DNA from: a virus
Taxonomy: Duplodnaviria > Heunggongvirae > Uroviricota > Caudoviricetes
Virus record (IMG/VR): IMGVR_UViG_3300013121_000035
Coordinates: 1 to 40,202 of that record
Reading direction: 5' to 3' (one strand)
Length of the DNA: 40,202 bases
Shown here: positions 25,868 to 33,442 of the stretch, one piece after another
Layout of the letters: each line of letters begins with the position of its first letter
How positions within the stretch are numbered: position 1 is the stretch's first letter
Position numbers and translations under genes: made by a program
Notes under the pieces: model-generated
The model's database searches: none
What the model was told of the DNA's origin: nothing
The model's input: the letters and a program-made list of their open reading frames with translations, nothing else

Positions 25868-26160
25868 CGCAGATCACCATCCGGCGCGAGACCGGCCAGG
25901 CCCAGGTCGCCCGACGTCAAGGCGGCCAGGTCCAGGTCGTCGCCAGCCAGTTCTCACCGGCCCCACCGACCGTCGCCGTCCACGACCAGCCAGTCGCGGC
26001 GGCCGTGTGGAACATCGTCCACAACCTCGGCTATTTCCCCAGCGTCACGGTGGTCGACTCCGCCGACGCTGTCTGCTTCGGCGAGGTCCGCTACCTCGAC
26101 GAGAACCGGGTCCAGGTCACATTCTCGTCCGCCTTCGCTGGCCGGGCGTATCTCAGCTGA
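25864..26160 (+). CDS. small virion structural protein
   Basis: WNIVHNLGYFPSVTVVD...GEVRYLDENRVQVTF...GRAYLS, similar to C-terminus of the next gene. Confidence 0.7.
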   Translation: MTQITIRRETGQAQVARRQGGQVQVVASQFSPAPPTVAVHDQPVAAAVWNIVHNLGYFPSVTVVDSADAVCFGEVRYLDENRVQVTFSSAFAGRAYLS

Positions 26161-26170
26161 AGGAGGCGAT

Positions 26171-27373
26171 ATGCCAAAGTTCCTCTACCCGGTCGACCTG
26201 GCCCGCAACGAGCTCCGCAACGTCGCGCTGCAGAACCTCGCCAGCGCCCCGAGCACCCCCGCCGTCGGCCAAGCCTACTTCGACACCACCCTGCAACTAC
26301 CCAGGGTGTGGACCGGCAGCGTCTGGATCGACATCGGCAACATCGTCTTCGGCACCCCCGGCGACTCCGCCGTCGGCGACACCGCCACCCAAGGTGTCAG
26401 CCCTGACTCCGCCCGCGCCGACCACACCCACGGCCGTGAAGACTTCGGGCCGGTCTCCACCACCTTGGACTTCGCGTGGGACCCCACCAACGGCACCGCT
26501 GATACCGTCGCGCGCAGCGACCACAACCACGGCAGTGCCCTGCACGACGACGCCGCCCACAACTGGCTGCGGCTCAACGTCCTGCAAGCCCCAGACGCCG
26601 ACGTCAGCTTCGGCGGCTACAAGCTCACCGACGTCGCCAGCCCCACCACCGACACCGACGGGGTCAACAAGGCGTACGCCGACGCGCTGCGCGCCGGGCT
26701 GGACGTCAAACAGTCCGTCCGTTACGCCACCACCGGGCCGATCACCTTGTCCGGCAACCAGAGCGTCGACGGCGCCACGACCGCCGCCGGGATGCGCGTG
26801 CTGGTCAAGGACCAAGTCGACGCTACCGAGAACGGCATCTACCTGACCGCCGCGGGTGCCTGGGCGCGCGCCAGCGACGCCGACGCCGCCGGGGAGTTCA
26901 CCGCCGGGCTGTTCGTGTTCGTCACCGAAGGCGCGGTCAACAGCGACTCCGGCTGGGTGCTGACCACCAACGACCCGGTCACGCTTGGCTCCACGCCCCT
27001 GGCGTTCGCCCAGTTCTCTGGCGCTGGGCAGATCATCGCCGGCACCGGGATCACCAAGAGCGGCAACACCCTGTCGCTGACAACACCCGTCGACATCGCC
27101 AACGGCGGGACCGGCGCGGCAACCGCCGCCGCGGCCCGCGCCGCGCTGGGCGTGCCGGGCGTCTACTCCACCACGATCGGCGACAACAGCTCCACCGCGA
27201 TCACCGTCACCCACAGCCTCGGCACCCGCGACGTCCAAGTCAGCCTCTACTCCGCCGGCAGCCCCTACGCCGAGGTCGACACCGAAGTCGAACACACCGA
27301 CGCCAACTCGGTGCTGCTGCGCTTCTCCGTCGCCCCGGCAACCAACGCCTACCGCTGCGTGGTGATCGGGTGA
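26171..27373 (+). CDS. virion fibre/decoration protein
   Basis: RBS AAGGAGG; VNKAYAD, LDVKQSVRYAT, RVLVKDQ, ENGIY, WARASDAD, FAQFSGAG. Confidence 0.75.
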   Translation: MPKFLYPVDLARNELRNVALQNLASAPSTPAVGQAYFDTTLQLPRVWTGSVWIDIGNIVFGTPGDSAVGDTATQGVSPDSARADHTHGREDFGPVSTTLDFAWDPTNGTADTVARSDHNHGSALHDDAAHNWLRLNVLQAPDADVSFGGYKLTDVASPTTDTDGVNKAYADALRAGLDVKQSVRYATTGPITLSGNQSVDGATTAAGMRVLVKDQVDATENGIYLTAAGAWARASDADAAGEFTAGLFVFVTEGAVNSDSGWVLTTNDPVTLGSTPLAFAQFSGAGQIIAGTGITKSGNTLSLTTPVDIANGGTGAATAAAARAALGVPGVYSTTIGDNSSTAITVTHSLGTRDVQVSLYSAGSPYAEVDTEVEHTDANSVLLRFSVAPATNAYRCVVIG

Positions 27374-29841
27374 GCCGCAAGTTCCTGTCCGTCCTCGAAG
27401 CGCCCGGCTACCCCGGCGTCGCCCAAGACGTCCTCGCGCAGTCCTACCACCACCACAACGACAACCTGGTCTACAACTCCAGCTTCGAGATCCCCGACCC
27501 CGCTGATGTCACCAAACCGCACGGGTGGAAGTGCTACAGCGTCGCCGGGCCGATCACCTGGGGCTTGCAGACCACCGCCGCCAACCTTCGCTCAGGGTTC
27601 CGCTCGGCCTACATGACCATCGGTGACGGCACCGGGTCGCTGCGGATCTCCAGCGAAGGCGCCAAGTTCCCCGTCGCCACCGGCGAGCAGCTGTGGGCAT
27701 CCGTCTGGTACCAGACCTCCAGCTCCTTCACCGGCAACGCCGTGCTGCCAAGCGTGCTGTGGTGGGACAGCGTCGGGGCTTTCCTGTCTTCTAATGGTCT
27801 TGGCAGCTACAGCGCGAGCACCACCGGCGCCCGCGCCGCCGCGCTCGTCACCCCACCCGCAGGCGCGGTCAACGCGTCCATTCAGGTGCAGTTCCACGGC
27901 CCCGACATCTCCGGCGGCAGCCCCACCTACCCGCTCACCATCTACATCGACGACGCCATCCTGGTCCGCGCGGACGGGCCGACCAGCTACGCGACGGCGC
28001 GCACCCTCGGCACCGGGTCCACCCAGGCCGCCGCCGGTGACCACGGTCACAGTCAGCTGGTCGCCCCGCTGCTGGTGGTCAACAACGGTGCCATCAGCGT
28101 CGTCCCCGTCGCCGTCAAGGGTGTCTCCGGGCAGACCGGGGACCTCCAACAGTGGCAGGACTCCACCGGCGCGGTCCGAGCCCGCATCAGCAACCTCGGC
28201 TCCCTCGCCGTCACCAACGGCACCAGCGACACGGCCAGCATCGACGGGTCGGTGGGCTACTTCCGCGGCGCTGGCATCACCAAGGCTGACAACACCGGCG
28301 GGTATGTGACCCTGGACGGGGCAGGTGCCGCCGGCCACGGTGTGGTCGTGCGCGGTCGCACGACCAACCAGACCACGCTCGTGGTTCGTCCCGTGGCCGC
28401 CCAGAGCGCGGACCTGCAGCAGTGGGTGAACGACACTGCCGGGTCGGTTCTGGCCAAGGTGACCAAGGACGGCATCGCGGATGTCGCTGGCCTGCTGATC
28501 GGCGGCCAGGCCCTGCTCGGCCAGGCCGCCACGCAAGCGGCGCCCGGCAACCACCCCCACAACTTCGACGACAACCTCGTCATGAACGGCGGGTTCGAGG
28601 TTGCCAGCCCCACCGACGCGACCAAGCCGTTCGCGTGGATCGGGACTGTCGGCGCCGGCTCACCCACCTGGGGCCTGAACACCGCCGCCGCGAACCTGCT
28701 CAGTGGCACCAAGTCCTGTTACATCACTATCACCGCCGGCACCGACCACCTGAAGATCACCAGCGACTCAGCCAAGTTCCCCTGCACCACCGGGGAGATT
28801 CTGTGGGCGCAGCTGCGCGTGAAGACCTCCGCGGTCTACACCGGCAACGGCGTGCGCAGCTACATCGACTGGGAAGACGCCAGCGGCGCGTACCTGTCGT
28901 CCACGGTCATTGGGCAGATCCCCGGTGACACCAACTGGGGGCAGATGCAGGCGCTGGTCACCCCGCCCGCCAACGCCACCCAGGGCAGCTTCATGGTCCA
29001 GCACTACGGGCCGAACATCACCGGCAGCCCGACCTATCCGCTGACGCTGTACATCGACGCGTGCACCGTCACTCGTGCGATCACCGACCAGCGGGTCGCT
29101 GCCGCGAACAAGGACGGCGTCGCCGGCACCGCGTCCATGCGCACCATCGGGACCGGCGCGACTCAGGCCGCCGCCGGGAACCACACGCACACCGCGGCTG
29201 CGGGCTCGATGAACTTCGATTCAGCGCAGGAGACCACCTACCAGGTCCAGCAGGAATTCGACGTTGCGACCAGCTTCGGCAGCCCCGCCAACGGGATGGG
29301 CACCGGCTGGACCTCGGTCGGGTCGCTCGCCAGCGCGTACCGCGAAACGTCCGTTGGCCAGTTCGAGAACGGCTCCGCGCAGTCAACGACCGCGATTCTC
29401 GGCTACATCTACACACTCACCACCAGCCAGGACTTCGCCGCCTACTTGAAGATCCCCCGCTACGGCCCCGCCGCCGCCGGGCTGTGCTACGGGGTGCTGG
29501 TCCGCGACTCCACCAAGTACTACGCGTTCGTCTACGACGACGCCGACCAGACCATCAAGGTCAAATACTTCACCAACGCCACCACCTTCTCCACCAACAA
29601 GTTCACGTCCGCGGCGCTGACGATCAGCCGCCCGGACATGTTCAAGATCACCCGCGCGACCAGCGTGTGGACCTGCTGGGTCGGGATCGAAGGCATGTGG
29701 GTGAAGGTCTGCGACGCCCAGACGTTCAGCGACCTCAACAACAGCCCCGGCTCGATCGGGTTCGGGTTCACCTTCCAGTCGGGCACCAACCTGGTCGCCA
29801 ACGCCCACCGGGTCGGCTGCGACTACGTGCGGGTGATGTGA
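27370..29841 (+). CDS. fibre/receptor-binding protein with two carbohydrate-binding-like repeats
   Basis: Internal repeats NLVxNxxFE...GSPTYPLTxYID; three TQAAxGxHxH motifs; beta-rich C-terminus. Confidence 0.75.
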   Translation: MSRKFLSVLEAPGYPGVAQDVLAQSYHHHNDNLVYNSSFEIPDPADVTKPHGWKCYSVAGPITWGLQTTAANLRSGFRSAYMTIGDGTGSLRISSEGAKFPVATGEQLWASVWYQTSSSFTGNAVLPSVLWWDSVGAFLSSNGLGSYSASTTGARAAALVTPPAGAVNASIQVQFHGPDISGGSPTYPLTIYIDDAILVRADGPTSYATARTLGTGSTQAAAGDHGHSQLVAPLLVVNNGAISVVPVAVKGVSGQTGDLQQWQDSTGAVRARISNLGSLAVTNGTSDTASIDGSVGYFRGAGITKADNTGGYVTLDGAGAAGHGVVVRGRTTNQTTLVVRPVAAQSADLQQWVNDTAGSVLAKVTKDGIADVAGLLIGGQALLGQAATQAAPGNHPHNFDDNLVMNGGFEVASPTDATKPFAWIGTVGAGSPTWGLNTAAANLLSGTKSCYITITAGTDHLKITSDSAKFPCTTGEILWAQLRVKTSAVYTGNGVRSYIDWEDASGAYLSSTVIGQIPGDTNWGQMQALVTPPANATQGSFMVQHYGPNITGSPTYPLTLYIDACTVTRAITDQRVAAANKDGVAGTASMRTIGTGATQAAAGNHTHTAAAGSMNFDSAQETTYQVQQEFDVATSFGSPANGMGTGWTSVGSLASAYRETSVGQFENGSAQSTTAILGYIYTLTTSQDFAAYLKIPRYGPAAAGLCYGVLVRDSTKYYAFVYDDADQTIKVKYFTNATTFSTNKFTSAALTISRPDMFKITRATSVWTCWVGIEGMWVKVCDAQTFSDLNNSPGSIGFGFTFQSGTNLVANAHRVGCDYVRVM

Positions 29842-30329
29842 TGAACGAAAGCACCGTCCAGCTCGAAGCCTACAAAGCAGACGTCAACAAGCACGGCGGG
29901 TTCTGCGTCAACAAGGCGGCCAACGACCAGACCGGCATCGTCGCCAACACCTGGACCCAGGTCACCTGGTCCCAGGAGGAGTTCGACACCAACGGCAGCT
30001 TCGACCTGCCCAACAACCGGATGCTGGTCCCCACCGGCCAGGGCGGCTTGTGGCTGGTCGGCGCCCACGGCTATGTCGCCGGCCAGCCAACCTCGGGCAC
30101 CTGGGACGCCAACATGGCCCTGTACAAGAACGGGTCCATCTACCACCGGCTCGCCCTGCCCAACTTCAACATCAACAGCTCCGAGGGCCTGGGCGGCAGC
30201 GTCTTGCTCAACACCGTCGCCGGTGACTACTACGAGCTGTACATCCACATGAACCCCGTCAACAGCTCCGGCACCCTGCGCGGCAACACCGACTGGACCT
30301 ACTTCTGGGGCGTGCGGCTTGGGCCGTGA
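29841..30329 (+). CDS. C1q/TNF-like domain protein
   Basis: WTQVTWSQEEFDTNGSFD, GLWLV, LYKNG, AGDYYELY. Confidence 0.65.
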   Translation: MNESTVQLEAYKADVNKHGGFCVNKAANDQTGIVANTWTQVTWSQEEFDTNGSFDLPNNRMLVPTGQGGLWLVGAHGYVAGQPTSGTWDANMALYKNGSIYHRLALPNFNINSSEGLGGSVLLNTVAGDYYELYIHMNPVNSSGTLRGNTDWTYFWGVRLGP

Positions 30330-30330
30330 G

Positions 30331-30354
30331 TTGAGCCGCGCCGCCTGCCGATAG
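30331..30354 (+). promoter_or_regulatory. putative sigma28/WhiG-like promoter TTGA-N12-GCCGATAG
   Basis: Best match to sigma28 -10 GCCGATAA; 7 nt before a GTG lacking an RBS. Confidence 0.65.
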
Positions 30355-30361
30355 CTTCAGC

Positions 30362-30847
30362 GTGGAAACCCTCGACGAGCTCGTCCCAGTCCTCAAGCGG
30401 GAGGTCGCCGTCCCCGGCGCCTTCGATTCGCTGTTTCCCGACACCAGCGATGCCGACCTGACTGCCGCGCTCGCCGACGCGTTCTGGGAAGCCCGGCTGG
30501 ACGGCTACTTCCCCGACGTCACGCTCGACCCCGACGACGGCAGCCTCACCCCGGAACTGGACCGCGTCTACGGCGCCCTGATCGTCATCTACGCCGGCAT
30601 CCGCATCCTGCTCAACGAGATCCGCAATCGCGCCACCCACTACCGCGCCGAGGCCAGCGGGGCGGTCTACGAACGCGACCAGAGCGCCCAGATGCTGTCG
30701 GAGCTGCTCAAGAGCCTGCAGGCCCGCAAGAAGCAGCTGCTGGAGATCCTGATCGGCACCCCGACCACCACAACGGGCGTCATCACCGTCGACGCGTACC
30801 TGGCCCGCACGATGCCTGCCTACTACGGCCTGCAGCTGGAGCCGTAG
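30362..30847 (+). CDS. head-tail adaptor candidate
   Basis: Helical 161 aa; position at start of the head-tail block. Confidence 0.55.
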   Translation: METLDELVPVLKREVAVPGAFDSLFPDTSDADLTAALADAFWEARLDGYFPDVTLDPDDGSLTPELDRVYGALIVIYAGIRILLNEIRNRATHYRAEASGAVYERDQSAQMLSELLKSLQARKKQLLEILIGTPTTTTGVITVDAYLARTMPAYYGLQLEP

Positions 30848-30851
30848 TGCG

Positions 30852-31295
30852 ATGGCCGGCCGCGACCCGACCTTCGACGCGCGGGAGTTCCGGCAGGCCA
30901 TTCGCGGTGTCTACCGCATGGCCCTGGCTCCCGACGAGGAACGCCAACCCATCTTCCATTTCCCCAAGATGGTCACCTCCACCAACGCGCTGGACTCCGA
31001 CGATGTCCCCTTCGACCCCACCCAGACCCCACCCGCAGCCCCCGCCAAGTCACCCGTCAAGGTCCCCTGCGCGATCCGCTACGTCGACGACCAGGGCGAC
31101 CCCACCGGCCTTGGCGTCATCACCCCCAGCAGGGTCGAGCTCACCTTCCTGGACACCGACTACGCCCAGGTGGAGGGGTTCAGCCACGTCGTCATCGACG
31201 GGGACGTCTACCGCTACCGGCGCACCCAGCCACCGACCGGGCTGTTCGACGTCGGGATGTTCGCCGTGATCTGCGTCGCGGAGGACGAAAGTTGA
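30852..31295 (+). CDS. head-tail joining/stopper candidate
   Basis: 147 aa, beta-rich C-terminal half; synteny. Confidence 0.5.
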   Translation: MAGRDPTFDAREFRQAIRGVYRMALAPDEERQPIFHFPKMVTSTNALDSDDVPFDPTQTPPAAPAKSPVKVPCAIRYVDDQGDPTGLGVITPSRVELTFLDTDYAQVEGFSHVVIDGDVYRYRRTQPPTGLFDVGMFAVICVAEDES

Positions 31296-31756
31296 ACGCT
31301 TCCGATGTGTTTCACTCCTCGTGTCGACTTGAGCGCAAGGAGTGGCAGTTGCATGACGAGTTGAGCGAGTTCATCAAGCGTGTCGCTGTTCTTCACGCCG
31401 GATGCTGGATGTGGACCGGCCGGATGAATGTTCAGGGGTATGGGGAGTTTGGTCGCTCAGAGCTTGCACATCGTGCTGCCTATCGACTGTTCCGCGGTCC
31501 CGTGCCAGAAGGCCGTGAGCTCGATCATCTGTGTCGGAATCGCTGGTGCTGTCATCCGTTTCACACGGAAGCTGTCACTCATCTTGAGAACGTGCTCCGA
31601 GGAGAGTCGCCAGCGGCCCTTCACGCTCGCAAGGCCACATGCCCTTTGGGTCATCCTTTTGACTACACGCGACCTAATGGACGTCGTGCCTGCAAGCGAT
31701 GCGCTGCGGAAGCTGCACGCCGGTTCCGGAGTCGCCAGCGAGAGGATGAAACCTGA
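31292..31756 (+). CDS. HNH homing endonuclease
   Basis: CWMWTG, GYGEF, AHRAAY, LDHLCRNRWCCHPFH, ENV, CPLGH, CKRC; lower-GC codons; start may be TTG 31349 (AAGGAG RBS). Confidence 0.85.
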   Translation: MNASDVFHSSCRLERKEWQLHDELSEFIKRVAVLHAGCWMWTGRMNVQGYGEFGRSELAHRAAYRLFRGPVPEGRELDHLCRNRWCCHPFHTEAVTHLENVLRGESPAALHARKATCPLGHPFDYTRPNGRRACKRCAAEAARRFRSRQREDET

Positions 31757-32256
31757 TGGGCGTGCGATTTCGACCACGGCAGGTGCAGCGCACCATGACC
31801 GAGCACCTGCGCGACGAGCTCGACGCGCGCGGCTGGTTCACTCCCGGCGGGTTCAAGGAGTACACCCTCACCCTCATCGAGTACGTCCCCGAACGTGAGC
31901 TCCACGGTCCGATCGTGCCCAACACCGTCGGGGTCACCATCGGTGAGGAAGGTGAGGAGCGGCTGGAGGAGATGGGCGGGCTGCTGACCAGCGCCCCCAT
32001 CGCCCTGTTCGTCGACGTCTACGGCGAGAACCAGGCGATCAGCCTGTCGATCGCCAGCGACATCATGGACATCCTGCGCTGGCAACGGACGTTGGTGTTG
32101 CAGGACTTCACCACTGGCAGCGCGGTGGCCAGCAACGAGCTGATCGAGCTGGACGACATCGTCCGTGAGCGGCCCACCGACCCCGGCGACTACCGCAAGA
32201 ACTGGAACGTGGTCAAAGCCACCTGCCGGGTCTTCTACGACGGAGCCCCAGCATGA
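31756..32256 (+). CDS. tail terminator/completion candidate
   Basis: Acidic 166 aa; synteny. Confidence 0.5.
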   Translation: MGVRFRPRQVQRTMTEHLRDELDARGWFTPGGFKEYTLTLIEYVPERELHGPIVPNTVGVTIGEEGEERLEEMGGLLTSAPIALFVDVYGENQAISLSIASDIMDILRWQRTLVLQDFTTGSAVASNELIELDDIVRERPTDPGDYRKNWNVVKATCRVFYDGAPA

Positions 32257-32543
32257 GCGACCAGTTCATGCGCGCCCTGGCCAGCGAGCAACGCCGGCGC
32301 GCAGTTGGCACCATCCTCGGCTACGCCGAAACCCACATCTACCCGCGCCTGGCCGAACCTGAGCGCAAAGCGTTCCGCGAGAAGGTTCTGGGTGCGATCG
32401 ACACCTACCACGACCTCACCCTGGACATGCTCAAGGCCAGCGCTAACGACTCGATCATCGTCAACGAGCGCGCCCTGGAGCTGCTGGAGGCGATCCACAC
32501 CAACACTCGGCCGGTGCGCGTGCGAGCCGTCCACGATGGCTAG
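32253..32543 (+). CDS. hypothetical protein
   Basis: 96 aa, overlapping neighbours. Confidence 0.65.
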   Translation: MSDQFMRALASEQRRRAVGTILGYAETHIYPRLAEPERKAFREKVLGAIDTYHDLTLDMLKASANDSIIVNERALELLEAIHTNTRPVRVRAVHDG

Positions 32544-33309
32544 CCCCTGGCCGCGTACCAGGTACAAGCCCAGCGGCGGGTGGCGGCCGCTGGTCAGCGT
32601 CGAGATGCGCAACGAAGGGTTGATGCGCCTGTCGCGTGACCTGCTCGGCCGCCTGGAGCACGCCCAAGGCGGGGTGCGTCGCGCCAACGAGAAGCTCGCC
32701 GGACGCCTGGCCGAGTACGCCGCGGACTTCGTCGAACGCGACCTGGAACGCCCCGGCGCCTCCAGTGGCCGGCTCGCCGCGGCGATGCGCGACCCCCGCA
32801 ACCGCTACGCCAGCCCCGACGGGTTCGGCGTCGGCCGCTACGACTTCCTGGACTCGATGGCCAACCGCGCCCGCTACTGGCGCCAGATCGAAGAAGGTTC
32901 CGCCGTCCACCGCGGCCAGCTGCTCATCGGCCTGTGGGCCACTGAGGCCGGCCGCTCAGGTTCAGGGCGGATGAAAGGGCTGAACGCCGCTGGCGGGCTC
33001 ACCCCGTTCGGGGAGGGCCGCAAGCAGCAGTTCGTGCGGATGCGCTACCACGACGCCCTGGCCTACCTGCGCCGCCAAGGCCGCGAAGCCGCCCCCGGCA
33101 TGGTGCTGGGCCGCATCCGCCGGGGCATCCAACCCCACCGCTACCTCGCCCGCGCGTGGGCCAGGCTCGCCATCTCCGGTGATATCGAAGCTGTCTACAC
33201 CGAGGTGTTCCGCGAAGCCGGCGTCCCGATCAACTTCCAGGCCGGCCTCACCCCACGGCGGGCGCGGGCGATCAACCGCCTGCTGCGCATCAAGGCCCGC
33301 AGCCGCTGA
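32536..33309 (+). CDS. HK97 gp10-like neck/tail protein candidate
   Basis: Basic helical protein with YWRQIEEGS and PHRYL motifs; directly before tail tube. Confidence 0.5.
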   Translation: MASPWPRTRYKPSGGWRPLVSVEMRNEGLMRLSRDLLGRLEHAQGGVRRANEKLAGRLAEYAADFVERDLERPGASSGRLAAAMRDPRNRYASPDGFGVGRYDFLDSMANRARYWRQIEEGSAVHRGQLLIGLWATEAGRSGSGRMKGLNAAGGLTPFGEGRKQQFVRMRYHDALAYLRRQGREAAPGMVLGRIRRGIQPHRYLARAWARLAISGDIEAVYTEVFREAGVPINFQAGLTPRRARAINRLLRIKARSR

Positions 33310-33442
33310 GGCCAGCTCACCAGCCTGTTGGTGATCGGATCGTTGAAATCCGCCGGGCCGGCTGCCGAAGGGCTCCAAGAGGTCGCACGTGCGCGGCCTC
33401 GTCCTTCGAGGGAACTGGCGGCACGTGTAGGAGGCGATCCCC

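Noticed and set aside
27370-30329. Diversity-generating retroelement acting on fibre genes
   Set aside because: No reverse transcriptase or near-identical TR/VR pair seen; internal repeats are diverged at all bases
33343-33371. TTGA-N17-GCCGAAGG before the tail tube gene, and lone GCCGA at 2463, 9606, 10529, 34858
   Set aside because: Spacing or upstream box does not match; GCCGA alone is expected by chance
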